From a virus: a stretch of DNA of 64,000 nucleotides. The first letter of the stretch is position 1, and each line of letters begins with the position of its first letter. The translations under genes and the position numbers were made by a program. The stretch is taken from positions 30,547-94,546 of IMG/VR virus record IMGVR_UViG_3300015371_000007; one strand, 5' to 3'. Of this stretch, positions 42,201 through 47,899 are shown piece by piece. The notes below the pieces were generated by a model, which was given only the letters and a program-made list of their open reading frames with translations, was not told the DNA's origin and did not search any database.

Positions 42201-45200
42201 GCGATCGGCAACCGCGGCACGTTCGATCCGTCCGATCCGAACATCCTCTACCAGGGCGACGACGAGAAAGCGCCGACGCTCGACGAGCTGACCGCGCAGA
42301 TCGCGACGCTGCAGCAGCGGCTCGACCTCTACTACGAGAAGCGGGCGCCGCAGGCGGTCATCGACCGCGCCGAAGGCCAGCTCGCGGCGCTGGAAGATCG
42401 CGCCGAGGGGCTGAGCGAGGCGCTCGGCGAATACGACCGCGACAACGAGGACGAAGTCGGCGCCGTGTCGCTCGAACAGGACTTCGCGGGCATCTACGAC
42501 CGCTACTTCATCAATCCGCCGGCCCACGTGCGCGCGCAGTCGGAAGAGGAGATTCGGACCGATGCGCTCGCGGCGCTCCGCGGCGCGCTCATCAGTGCGA
42601 GCTTCATCGGCACCAACGAGCCGATGCGGGCCGTCGACCACGTCACCGACGAGATGGTGCTCGCGGCCGCGGAGGACGCGTACTGGCATCAGATCCACCT
42701 TCGCCAGCGGCTGCGGATCCGGCAGGCGAATGGCGGCGATGCGATGAGCCCGGCGCTGCAGGCGTATCTCGCCGAGCACTCGGAGCCGTTGTATGAGAGC
42801 GCCTGGCACGGCTCGCCGCACATCTTCGAGAAGTTCTCGCTGCATCACGTCGGCACCGGCGAGGGGGCGCAGACGTTCGGCTGGGGCCTCTACTTCGCCG
42901 GCAAGCGCGAGGTCGCCGAAGGCTACCGACACCGGCTCGCGGGGCCGGCCCCGCAAACGCCACACCTTGCGCTGCGTGGCGAGCCCGTGTTCCGCCCGAA
43001 TGGGACGCTCAGCTTCCAGACCAGCCAGATCACGACGCGCGGCGCAGAGCGGGTGACGGTCCAGACGAATCCGATCACGGCGCGTGAGCATCGCGGCTGG
43101 AAGGAATTGGAGTGGTGGGCGGGGTCGCTCGCGCATTACGGCCACACGCCAGCCACGGGGCCAGAGGCCGTGGCGGTGATCCGGCAACAGCTCGAAGCGA
43201 CCGAACGCGAGTATCTCGCCGCGGTGCACGAAAACAGCACCATCAGCGGGGACGCGTACGAGGACGCGGATCGCCTTGCCAACGTGGATGCCGCCATCGA
43301 TCTCCTCGACCAGCACCAGGCGGAGCTGGACGTGGTGCTGCCGGCGCAGCCGGGACGGCTCTACAAGGTCGAGATCCCCGAAGACGAGGACTTCCTCGAT
43401 TGGGACAAGACCGCGTCGCAGCAGAGCCAGAAGGTGCAGACGGCGCTGCGGGCGCTCGGGATCGAATGGGAGCCCGTGAAGCCGTGGTCGCCGAAGCGCT
43501 TCCTCGCGTGGTCGCACACGGGCGCCTTCGATCGGCTGTGGCGCGAGGACATCGGGATCCGCGAATCGCTGGCGGCGGGCGTCCATGCCGCCAACTCCGG
43601 CAGTCGCGAGGCGTTCGATCGGTGGTATAGCCAGCATCAGGGGCTCATGCCGAAGGGCATGATCGACCCCACGGGCGCGACCCTCTACGGCGATCTGCAG
43701 AACCAGCTCTATCGGGAGAAGGGCTACGCCTCGACGCCGGGATCCCCGATGTATAAGCACGCGGCGCGGCTGGCGTCGGAGGCGCTGGCGGCGCAGGGCA
43801 TCGCGGGGATTCGCTACCTCGACGGCGCGTCGCGGAGCAAGGGCGAGGGCACGAGCAACTTCGTGGTCTTCGACGACAAGCTCGTCAACATCGTCGAGAT
43901 GTATCAAGAGGAGCAGCGGCGCGCGAAGGCGTCGGTCGAGTTCCTCGACACGGGCGAAGCGTTGGTGCGAGCGCTCACAAACCCCGACGTCTCCAGCGGC
44001 GTGCACGAGCTGGCGCACATCGCGCGTCGATGGCTCTTCGACCTCAGCGTGCCGGCCGAGCAGCGCGCAGGTATCAGCGACGACGACATTCGCACGGCGG
44101 CGAAGTGGGCGGGCGCGCGCATCGGGCCGGACGGCGCCATCCAGTGGCGGTGGACGCGGCGCGACGACCAGGGCCGCGTCATGCGCGACGCGGAGGGCCG
44201 GCTCATCATCGACGTCCGCGCGGAAGAGAAGTTCGCGCGCGGGTTCGAGCGCTATCTCTACGAGGGGAAAGCGCCGATCCCCGAGCTGGAAGCGCTCTTC
44301 CAGAAGTTTGCGGCGTGGCTGCGCGACATCTACCACCGGCTGCTCGGTTCGCCGATTGACGTCGAGATCTCGCCCGCGATGTGGGAGGTCTACGACCACC
44401 TCGTGACGCGCATGGCGACGCGCACCGACGCGACTGCTGACCGTGCCTCGCCGGCCGACACCGAGCCGCTCGACGCGCTCTTCCAACTCGAGCCCGATGA
44501 CCCGCCGCCGACGGGCTTTTGGGCGAAGCGTCGCGCGGCGCGCGAAGAGCGGAACGCGCCGCCGCTGATTACCTCACTCGATCCGGCCGTTGAGGAACGG
44601 CTGCGCGCCGCGCGCGGGCATCCCGTGACGCCGTGGCTCGCCGGCATGAAGGAGAAGCTGGGGGTCCTGCCGAAGCTGACGCGCCACTTCCCTGAGATTA
44701 GTCCGTCGCGATCGGCGCCCGAGGCGACCGCGCACGAGCTGCTACTGGAGCAGGAACGCGCCTCGAAGTTCGGCCAGGTCGTCGCCTACAACCGGATCTC
44801 GGATCTGCTCGCGCCGATGACGCTGCGCGAAGTGGACGTGTTCACGCGCGCGCTGATTCTGCCCGACATCCTCAAGGACGTTGAGGACGGGCTCTACGAG
44901 GGCAAGGAGCTGCCGTTCGGCTTCGCGGACGCAGACGCGGTGGAGGCCGACCTCGCGCGCGTCAACGCCGTCGTTGCCGAGCACCCGAAGATCCGCACCG
45001 CGCTGGACAAGCGCGCGGCGTTCGTAAAGCGGCTGACGCAGGACCTTGTCACGGCGAAGCTGCTCAAGCGCGAGGTGCTCGACGACGACCGCTACTACCA
45101 CCGGCAGGTCATGGCGCACCTCGGCCAGTCGCCCTACGGTCTCGGCGTCGCCAACGGCAAGCAGCTGCGGGCGCGGCGGCGCGGCTTCCAAGTCGCGCGC

Positions 45201-47747
45201 ACCGGCGGCGACGATTTCAACACCGCGTACCACGAGGCGGAGTTCGAGTGGGTGTCGCAGGCGGTCGCCGAGCTGAAGACGCACGGCTCGCTGGCGGCGC
45301 TGAAGCAGCTGTTCGACAAGACGCCCGACCTCAAGCTCCTGGCGAAGCAGCAGAACCGCCGCCTGCTCGGCGAGAAGCTGGCGATCGCCGGCGGGGTCAA
45401 CGCGAGCGATCCGCACTTCCCCGCGATGGCGCGGGTCTACGCGGACGAGGCGCTGAAGCCGTACCGGCAGCGCATGGCGCGGGCGACCTACGGCCTGCTC
45501 GACGCGCTCTACGCCGGCAACTACGATCCGCCCGCGCAGTTCACCGACGTCATCGACGATCTGATGGAGCGGTACACGGAGTGGAAAGACGAGAACGCGA
45601 AGCTGCCCGTGGCCGACCGCACGCCCTTCGACGCCAGCCATCCGCAGTGGTGGCCGCTGATGAAGGCGCTGGCGCAGGGCGGGGACAGCGAGGCGGCGAT
45701 TTGGGCGCGGTCGATGTTCAAGACCACGATCGACCGCGAAGCCTATATCGAGCGCGTCCTCGGCCACGCCTACATCAATCGGCTGAGTCCGGAGAGCCTG
45801 GCGCGGCTGCTGCCGGACGGCTACACGCTCTGGCAACCGAAGCCGGGCAATCGCCTCTACCCGGCGGTGGCCGTCGACGAGCGCGTGCTCAACGCCGTCA
45901 TCGAGGGGACGCGCGAGTTGCGCGAGTCGGACAAGAAGAAGATCCAAGCGCTCGGCGGACCGAAGGAGACGTGGATCGTCCCGGAGTGGCTGGCGCAGAC
46001 GCTCGACCAGTTCACGCTCGACACGGGGTCGAGCAACCCGATGCTCCGCGCGGCGGACGAGGCGCTGCGGACGGCGTTGGGACTCTGGAAGGTGTCGGTG
46101 CTCATCGGCCCGACGCGCGCGTTCAAGTACAACCTGAACAACGCGACGGGCGACGTGGACGCGGCCGCTGCCTTCTCGCCCGGCGTCGCGGCGCACGTGC
46201 CGTCGGCGGCGGCGTTCCTCTATCGCACGACGTATGCCCATGACCGCGCGCTCGCGCCGGCCGACGCTGCGCGCATTGAGCGGCTGACCGAGCTGGGGAT
46301 CATGGATGCCGGGCTGACCGCGGCGGAGATCCCGCACATCAACGACCTCGCCGGCTTCCGCTGGCTCGCCGAGGCCAACCCGATCTCGTTCATGCAGCGG
46401 CTGGTGTCGTTCACCGGCGTGCCGGCCTACATTCGGATCGTGCAGCAGGCGACCAACTACCGCGAGAACATCCTGCGCGTCGCCTCGTACGACCACATGC
46501 TGAAGCAGATCAAGGCGGGCAAGACCATCTACGGCGCGTCGAACCCGGCGCGCGTCGATGCGCTGCGGGCGGAGGTCACGCGCGCGCAGGGGCCCGTCGC
46601 GGTCGCGCGCGCGCAGGAGCGGCTGGCGGCGCTGCTCGCCCGCGATTTGATCGGCGACTACCAGGCGGTGTCGACGTTCACGCGCACGACGCGGTCGCGC
46701 GTCCTGCCGTTCTTCTCGTTCCAAGAAATCAACATGAAGCGGTACTTCCGCCTGCTGAGCAACGTGCGGCGGGAGGAGGGGTCGGTCGCCGGCAAGGTCG
46801 GGCGGGTGCTCAGTCTCGGCGGGCGCGGCGTGGTCCGCGGCGGCGTCAAGGCGGCGGTCACGCTGGGCCTGCAGGCCGCGATCGTCAACGCGTTCATCGT
46901 GGCCGTGTCGCTGTGGAACAAGCTGCTGTTCCCCGACGAGGATCAGGAGCTGCGCGACCAGGGGCGCCAGCAGCTGCACATCATTTGGGGCCGCGACGAC
47001 GATGGACTCATCCGGACGTGGCGCGTCGAGGGCGCCTTCTCGGCGCTTCTGAGCTGGGGCGGGCTCCAGAACTGGATCAACGACGCGCACGACGTGATCG
47101 CGGGCGACGTGGCGATCGCCGACAAGCTCGCCGACACCGCGTGGGCGGTGCCGAACAAGGCGTGGCAGATGTGGGATCCGTTCTCGAAGATGGCCTACGA
47201 GCTGCTGACGGGCCGGCAGACCTATCCCGACATCCGCCGGCCGCGCCCGATTCGCGACAAGGCGGAGCACGCCGCGAGCCTGTTCGCGCTCGACTGGCTG
47301 TGGCAAGAGGTCACCGGCAAGCCGGCGCCGCCGCACAAGTGGACGACGCGGTTCCTGTTCTACCGGACGGATCCCGGCGAGGCCGCGTACTTCGACATTC
47401 GCGGACGCCTCGCGACGTGGAAGGCGACGCAGCCGGGCGGCGAACGCGGGCCCGGCGATCCCTCGGCGCAGGAGAACGCGCTCTACTACTACCACCGGGC
47501 GGTGCAGTGGGGCGACGACGATGCCGCCGAGCGCTGGCTGGAGGCCTACTACGAACGCGGGGGCACCCCCAAGGGCATCAAGCAGTCCGAGGCGCGTGGG
47601 TCGCCCCTCGGGTCGCTCAGCGAGAAGGACCAGAAGGCGTTCATGGCGGAGCTGACGGATAAGGAGCAGGAGACGCTCGCGATCGCCGAAGACTGGTACG
47701 CCGGGCTCTACGGCCCGAAAACCGTGCGCCACAAGCGCGCGCAGTAA
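24276..47747 (+). CDS. giant (7823 aa) polyvalent virion/ejection protein, DarB-like architecture
   Basis: uninterrupted 23.5-kb ORF; M15 peptidase ~25160-25502, C5-MTase-like ~30351-31016, TGT-like ~35046-35750, SF2 helicase ~37465-38960, HhH-like ~39280-40150, ART-like ~41770-42253 and ~42801-43895, VHELAH 44001-44018. Confidence 0.9.
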   Translation: MPSLLNLGTFGRLAQLFQRKKPRDAFLENLDEQWGNAWGTQPDASPPSRDPWLDQIASQYPFGAFDEPAAPAPAPELAMPQPAQPEPADDLAARIRASLGLGDTDEDNSLLAQVESTLRRQPYVQPPALPPAALSPTGAPPASRPPISLAPPDIATIGANVSPLPPWQAARRPAQDVHLPSEPPPAPPPPIPSGPVDMATAGANVSTLPPWAAARPPARDVRLPAPGAPPAPPPAPPMDVATVGANVSPLPPWEAARRARDQQLPPTAPAEDRLTTTETIPQLATPEGYAPPRQDVFKERLARVVQRMADEGYPVKVTSKTRTAAEQAKLYQQGRDGAPGKIVTWADGTTKISKHQTGTAADLAFVVDGRPSWDDKLPWPLLGRIAKEEGLVWGGDWSKQKNDRPHVQLEAEATQEGPYAAAKPLPPKLHGAPPPPPAAPLPTPPSPPVPVTTAEAKKDPFGFVDFIKSLYTTDGVGMVPIGGTLIPVPGLPQVTEAGAEKLPWAGAAFAAADAYQLIAAARRLRDGKATAADQALIEQYAAKEQEMAEHGTSWGYNVAQIVTEMPAFMIEMLSTEGVFTGARTAGKKAAQEAIGKLLKESAAEVMARRSTRWATKVAETAVGAAAQEAAMPTRVVAKMMDYVKPPLHPSLSPEDQRHVEAATKAYETMRGQHDHLTGVYDTVAAQLQPALDEIDTMKAQVDALRAHVNPNNPVSVAGYNAALNALNARIAQVQPQLDRLKADNGQIVDLERQMRTHSAVMDKADQKTLQDTLKEWDDDFLPALFRAIPDQFIEVFTEHAGEAIEPVAQLIGGKLAKTAVGKQVTALKTALLDDWLKLAPGNTISKWVKEIRQGAGYNGVLGEYGEERLADIMRAAMPFTRQAGEPNAAMIRMITGEPTPGAPEGESPRRSAAKEWLYQTTQELAAFAIPDVITHAAEHLPAPGQKPRAFTVPKDVTADELVDLRQRLQVARQSVRAVDDVKELDSRIAKVDTAIAAKMPPSAEGRPVREPAPAAPSGSEAAPPTAALPDTVVETLKKMGLTDPHLADLTSLQAASILSHSDRGALHDPEAAANTDPAAPRTLRSTPDSVAHAETLVETLRAGDRVTDSRGREWHVTQHPVAGGGTVTGLSARDADGPQPGAAFRDASGEWRHNPVVTAIVERGRITRGRAIPPKVTGFTTAKGSVYTVAGSGTSRAKTATGESFGPSDRTVYLDPKTAERAQLHLDNHDEGETTARPHILAGGRIGIVVKNRKTGEVRNDLSRIVRGSTTPAVGLHPFEVWTKDAEGRRRWHFGNAITEVQTDAPTAPAEKPTAVFAFHQPDEKGGALPMYHVQGGPLHRSTVSADTLREHGIDVPETPKFEGRKPATPTPADAPLGEWQPIVGLEGHRVYTSAKARSVAGRNVVYLQAESKDGKRQAFYLDVHGSTRNVDTVDAVAGGDPYGPNGEAPVWNAPTIAAAEEVARLVHWQRVHLTDASDAELDAVSARIKEIVARTEPAKTETPKPEDKPKTEAKPTKPTSEMSDAEIAQAILDRLKAKGQKVAPTTAAPETSRRAPASRPAESQSTDPKAQARAERARLIAELKKEQAQAKEKADTSSTPLKQTDEDVETPLYHAEEEAPSPKAVERMVGIVRSYLNEGITDFTAAARQFQEDYGEDARTLDAALELGWEMLTGHTVSVADALAPPTQAPEPQWRDNLPEDDAETIANDPVEVLEATLREQVQRGKRLREWEAKLVDKQAQIAKLEKIKNPTRKQQKTLVNNRKKVAEEYPRRIAEAKLDIEETWEELDRLMTGIDLADLRARVARNQIKLRTRRTFADAYEQLLNDLTPEARKNAEHHFGRATAGRDVRHLRVAMQIYELLLADDGPEGGEAEAKRLLDATNAYYADKSYLAETHEGRETEHDAFYAALHDAAVLVSGKEDFDPNDLDEWSAGDYVDPSEVGTLIFRTLDPQTASFDVDEFHRAYTDIEFRREPDSTFPPPDTSVNLLRANASGPMHTKAEGAAQIEQWKAAAQEAGRTQDNSRKIILSLYDRTGIISKPWEEAGYSVRRFDISPKADGGTAEDLTEFGNWMAEIEEMLGQGYQIVGVLAQPPCTSFTDSGNSHWDALHDTPNEEWLTRTYGEKATEFFDRPIDYANTLVAVVKLVVAQANPRFYMMENPLGRIDQQNQLPEPTLSFNPFDFGEPFSKKTQIWGEFNPQLPTFRVPGSKEEGGQGSRTWNLSSARKYEREMTPEGFAYAFFMANQAAAQEEWANQERPPYSVPPPGQKYDPTNPDPDLITTPAAFGDEEMPELTPEQAAAQRAEAIRKLKEGAGAPPASRPAESLPTTPADDGQRYVVSSKRGPTRKLGTGGVWQDTHYVTGEITATGPDWTDKRDAARPLTKAEVYQIVQGAAEPEALKITHADDASKTVTIGEVQGYVGQDDEDNAIYDPDKAWGARPAPASQPPRSRPVEKPTDAYDRAFATALKPDDPRWAPLRETGATESQILDVVREVFPEGTTSYHTHPDTGWAFEITGGMVPRVVGTAGTTGVRVSEVGRHLAVQVSRALDIPLNYEARPKAEPKGPAVQFTLDQHPFTAKVTFNRSETNPLYRAVITREGKRVHEYETVDLDDADTWLTRQLTQTVEAFNASPRVTISPADHETVKTYLQALGYNNVTQHKDGSLTVRATEGRQRLVFRATPGTVRPDTGGPSIRRDVERQAGALVVRAHNKTQASTAAFKQFEADLKQFATGRPLPSASMVRNDSREKAQPGGVIELPPTPPPSPDATPQRDIASLPRGTAPPWQMTRKAFRDDRRAYTVPKGNIFASTPEDVMSGAALKDRSRDELIAFAQYSGVPTKGSKEKLANRIQSVWRVRSFLAGQTVQTLSKYPQSDLNRMHKLTHRGKSASFAGKGGQAMSLLKWLATIRKNGLDMMADAIHELHVRKALKDGLDVPAEVLKDYPELAKEVAGGDIDSTTTGAPGSTGDQPASGAAPTGAAGTGQGPAAGGRAPLDSGPKSPAEVRFAVLSRWADGFWTDDVLPSARTHGYDGDDATLRALFDGRVASAHEYLESVRPLEAEHSGDAFIKDVIAHGGINLSYMGPRRVEEFTVVQQALAAQGYVGVRAPFRKNAGMSLDDMLVALKPKWPDLTDDWSVINKLERIGSGEEPASWGTDNFATAIRGAGVVLDEPWWQDFDGTTEFTPDAFEGTTAGRLFRERAENAADTGIPTYAEMLGEMADRADQGLPVWDNTRGAALALRHLENTEWVWWPAHTDKPVALIRLTENNDAQGDGRYYKAKILEQLAGWGTEPVMESIGHPDARFADGTISVSFPNSWGYLRAVDALTPGAVGDAASPEQTMSSADLADLIRDELVEEGKTGKDSPLPEQTAFMVGPKSHVDHDVTPAHLAFAQQHFAGRTAFFAETVTLPDDLPALPSALYGPIAGDPPVPDADVFQAKRGDRAWDSRLIDRPSRPSRKLTVIAGPNADGQMVLYTAFGGELAPQEPGDPGARDKAASEQFWSEHALSAPAFNVTPPEPEGEPRAPWQMTPEEWAAHEAKAFGDAPKPVTDRTRGWHRGQVLDAVKAGKPVPARVLALYPEAAPDAAPDVITFRSGNQTSPTDIAGYIRAGKAVGVVAFANPKVRAQAVEYAQHGGPVFVDSGAFGHTVVENGVARSTLDFDAVLDYYIELLVDIGEAHAGNVWVVAPDVAPAMVDGQMRTFPQETRDLQKQYRARVQALIDTGANVIAPVQVDESRFVADVIDTVADFPGAQLGLPGNKGAVPVDVLAEAMAALTTTHLGEDFRGVHFLGVGDVGTAKAKLQYYVDTVRADFPDALITSDATRTTAMIGEGRVLTEGARKQLRMLGGFAADEEVVDYDLDSGVAGQFFRGEWDKFTPQELQRVFDAAGLTREAAEQLRAEGRINEIFDWKGYQQWMRDKIETPADQELPEPPNPAFVTPETDPSVYPPVVDTLMDIVSDRETAKPTTRLQAREDAIAHIEMDAQTPEERARGDAIRKLKETQAAAAPAVDVLDTGEQQPRLPGDVGEVRTQETATPEFDAPFSLTSEIGKTKPQKPDTLFQDPDEERIPTATEIKLMVDIVDSYPKTMPFEEAVRSFAAEFGDGFAGKLHTAFEKAWKFRRREVKKVEDVLSARKPAPPKKEEEPAPPPRPPQPPPPPAPPPSLPPGLAALADRPLGVGQKHRTTLVKDLFSKDPGYVDWLVGLDRPSELFKQVREYYTKYRPDYLKYVRDREAATKEPAPETPPAPPVDPASVLTPDNLAVLRRAGVTAEAGPDGTILLKGRTYAYKDLIRSAGGRSAPRGDDGRFTGWLIPANRLAELVGRLGDRRSNGQGSGQRRASYESHPELADLRRRADEWPDASDLPGDRASVLSPGTAAVITKGGLAIGIPQFVLDEQIEDVARISHAYQKQLPAFILASEPGSGKTFVLGGAMRELRRQGAKKIVYVTLNNDLVSQIRNDLAAFAIGDVQFITYDKLRKTEPFAVDAIIFDEAQKIKNVEEGGSAVAIAAQGWVDEAKFTIYASATPAENPVQMEYIATTGLLKPLVGDEFWKFAAAFGATPLRRKDGAGNIYYDIEWRRTLTSDADAAAAREWLRKQGVYTSRRIRLPDGQVDSRNVKIDVPEVHERRYTQISQAVAAMGPDGNAKMWVINFQKRLLEAAKVQQAITEARSALDRGRFPIIFVETKAERRIDIPDLMQRERDYALAVGMAKAMGDSKPRRKEFGLPPAGVTEVLEHYMNASGESVIEIPPAVDEVRKALGAENVAEYTGDVSGKQAAANLAEWRAGGRKVLVATMAKGGTGLSLHDKVGDHQTTQININMPWTATSLVQVAQRSARYGLKGRAEIMWLFAHNIPFDRALARRVGGRMADLGAIVHGEALPGSEQIENWDFEDESFADEEVKRVTAEMNREAGNVALEQGEVPDDIAREAEPARWTGENIASILNIPRDQGDAIAALTQFAGLDLPSFPGILLVKGGIPGSGALTHQLTVDRVRTRFRRAPLVSVNDAVRALGGGVPGYLDAVADFLRTQREKVVNGELTTRDVAKAYLLTLGSIGAGPINLDTFVKSTGLVPSADFVTVERGVAKVRPEEAVALWMFTPAGQRALDALEGGHVRQRDFAGLMRVRDAYGRNDIRNNGFRRSTTGLRSLYDIKTLTDELNAARGASGPMGEIVRSMMGISHGKEGFIKHLLGIGDTPTVDSVAINFWLTGQGDIRDVQTPAAQLARDVKTVLLPKDYARAELADRIQQQVQAVATRLGMDPETAGHLLHHWLWDKARGTETSHAGMMRAMAMAQEEQAGLKLSVLHNLHVDNLGYVDQLGGLPVPSLGIVSEGGTLSGMGNITLIGRRALADPERDPVFDADAYTQTFPRAAYPKAKTGPAQRVLDRFKPFATKFDDKHVEYLLWDNAVNTPNPHDTISRLLRSEAGKAWYLSEVMGKTIEPTMKPRELRAPWVADPTFVAEAPELMRQIDALAPSERTGDSAPARAFAALARGAIDRYLETPEGAKWVKVNKTREAARAFVARGWGDGGEWMADESQTIPWGTMSRLVDSVRQDVGKERVDGEKTRAELDAALKGKEAEFKAWIEQQVLGLHGEPYITIGRRRVPITLSNLVDAMRAGAKVNSVQSTLVFGEGKARASAAHQITSTAELRNRAAWQLGTEESIKAARETAKKALEEWRNDVVRYYGERTGRGEFGQTWEGLDASMRALARWASTKGRTAQTLRSALWREGFRNVPGGAIADGVKAGRLFMEAPVPYFEAKPQRAVRLSEFAGAVIPSTAPAETRAILDKHGVPYREYDAAQEKGQQEATIAFRDELARQGEDVLFQRNEQTESAAFQRWFGNSEVVDAAGDPLVVYHGTGGPAIAAFEGGRVNTRGIYFTASPHLADAYASRPSRGGRQAIYPVYLRIENPFVVERQTPDQVRADRAGATERRQFSMSLSAAQIADLKAQGYDGIINHDAKEYVVFDPAQIKSAIGNRGTFDPSDPNILYQGDDEKAPTLDELTAQIATLQQRLDLYYEKRAPQAVIDRAEGQLAALEDRAEGLSEALGEYDRDNEDEVGAVSLEQDFAGIYDRYFINPPAHVRAQSEEEIRTDALAALRGALISASFIGTNEPMRAVDHVTDEMVLAAAEDAYWHQIHLRQRLRIRQANGGDAMSPALQAYLAEHSEPLYESAWHGSPHIFEKFSLHHVGTGEGAQTFGWGLYFAGKREVAEGYRHRLAGPAPQTPHLALRGEPVFRPNGTLSFQTSQITTRGAERVTVQTNPITAREHRGWKELEWWAGSLAHYGHTPATGPEAVAVIRQQLEATEREYLAAVHENSTISGDAYEDADRLANVDAAIDLLDQHQAELDVVLPAQPGRLYKVEIPEDEDFLDWDKTASQQSQKVQTALRALGIEWEPVKPWSPKRFLAWSHTGAFDRLWREDIGIRESLAAGVHAANSGSREAFDRWYSQHQGLMPKGMIDPTGATLYGDLQNQLYREKGYASTPGSPMYKHAARLASEALAAQGIAGIRYLDGASRSKGEGTSNFVVFDDKLVNIVEMYQEEQRRAKASVEFLDTGEALVRALTNPDVSSGVHELAHIARRWLFDLSVPAEQRAGISDDDIRTAAKWAGARIGPDGAIQWRWTRRDDQGRVMRDAEGRLIIDVRAEEKFARGFERYLYEGKAPIPELEALFQKFAAWLRDIYHRLLGSPIDVEISPAMWEVYDHLVTRMATRTDATADRASPADTEPLDALFQLEPDDPPPTGFWAKRRAAREERNAPPLITSLDPAVEERLRAARGHPVTPWLAGMKEKLGVLPKLTRHFPEISPSRSAPEATAHELLLEQERASKFGQVVAYNRISDLLAPMTLREVDVFTRALILPDILKDVEDGLYEGKELPFGFADADAVEADLARVNAVVAEHPKIRTALDKRAAFVKRLTQDLVTAKLLKREVLDDDRYYHRQVMAHLGQSPYGLGVANGKQLRARRRGFQVARTGGDDFNTAYHEAEFEWVSQAVAELKTHGSLAALKQLFDKTPDLKLLAKQQNRRLLGEKLAIAGGVNASDPHFPAMARVYADEALKPYRQRMARATYGLLDALYAGNYDPPAQFTDVIDDLMERYTEWKDENAKLPVADRTPFDASHPQWWPLMKALAQGGDSEAAIWARSMFKTTIDREAYIERVLGHAYINRLSPESLARLLPDGYTLWQPKPGNRLYPAVAVDERVLNAVIEGTRELRESDKKKIQALGGPKETWIVPEWLAQTLDQFTLDTGSSNPMLRAADEALRTALGLWKVSVLIGPTRAFKYNLNNATGDVDAAAAFSPGVAAHVPSAAAFLYRTTYAHDRALAPADAARIERLTELGIMDAGLTAAEIPHINDLAGFRWLAEANPISFMQRLVSFTGVPAYIRIVQQATNYRENILRVASYDHMLKQIKAGKTIYGASNPARVDALRAEVTRAQGPVAVARAQERLAALLARDLIGDYQAVSTFTRTTRSRVLPFFSFQEINMKRYFRLLSNVRREEGSVAGKVGRVLSLGGRGVVRGGVKAAVTLGLQAAIVNAFIVAVSLWNKLLFPDEDQELRDQGRQQLHIIWGRDDDGLIRTWRVEGAFSALLSWGGLQNWINDAHDVIAGDVAIADKLADTAWAVPNKAWQMWDPFSKMAYELLTGRQTYPDIRRPRPIRDKAEHAASLFALDWLWQEVTGKPAPPHKWTTRFLFYRTDPGEAAYFDIRGRLATWKATQPGGERGPGDPSAQENALYYYHRAVQWGDDDAAERWLEAYYERGGTPKGIKQSEARGSPLGSLSEKDQKAFMAELTDKEQETLAIAEDWYAGLYGPKTVRHKRAQ
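24732..25070 (+). repeat. three ~43-aa intragenic repeats D.AT.GANVS.LPPW.AAR
   Basis: copies begin at 24732, 24864 and 24990. Confidence 0.8.
33133..33414 (+). CDS. candidate nested (+1 frame) gene inside the giant ORF
   Basis: AAGGAGGT 5 nt before GTG; main frame here is a G/A/T/P linker while the +1 frame reads QELLAQVKDLLRAGVPHWTAAQRVLRKYGLRYF. Confidence 0.55.
   Translation: MATLTARQRARQDRLVTNRRPVPPRQELLAQVKDLLRAGVPHWTAAQRVLRKYGLRYFPDGPTASGPTTSSPAPAPTATTATTPPSEPSSTDE
37135..37482 (+). CDS. candidate nested (+1 frame) gene inside the giant ORF
   Basis: AAGGGG before ATG; third-position GC bias shifts to the +1 frame over ~37140-37410; main frame becomes R/G/D-rich. Confidence 0.55.
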   Translation: MPTKTSSDQPEDAQLLEEMMAASRDGSYQPTAWPNSLVDSETAVAMVKDPANAEPVMKAIQSLQISDDELTNGLTPATCQAIVHQFSRRVLQPSSPKAGSPSASRSSSSTNKSKT

Positions 47748-47899
47748 GCGATTTGAGCCGCCGCCCCTGCGGGGCGTAGGCTGTTCCCTAGACGCTGGCC
47801 GCTCGCCCCCTCTCGGCTACGACGCCAGCCCATCGTTCAGGCTCGATCCCGCCTTTGCCGAGCGGGCCATAGCCCACCAGCGCGCCGCGTGCGCGCGGA

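Noticed and set aside
37386-44486. 2366-aa minus-strand ORF (and other long antisense ORFs such as 31734..35219, 44742..47732, 7844..10264)
   Set aside because: Shadow ORFs of GC3-biased sense genes; R/V/D-rich with no motifs and no RBS evidence.
47748-47899. Hairpins after the giant gene as a terminator or ncRNA
   Set aside because: Short GC stems without a U-tract; cannot be distinguished from chance by eye.
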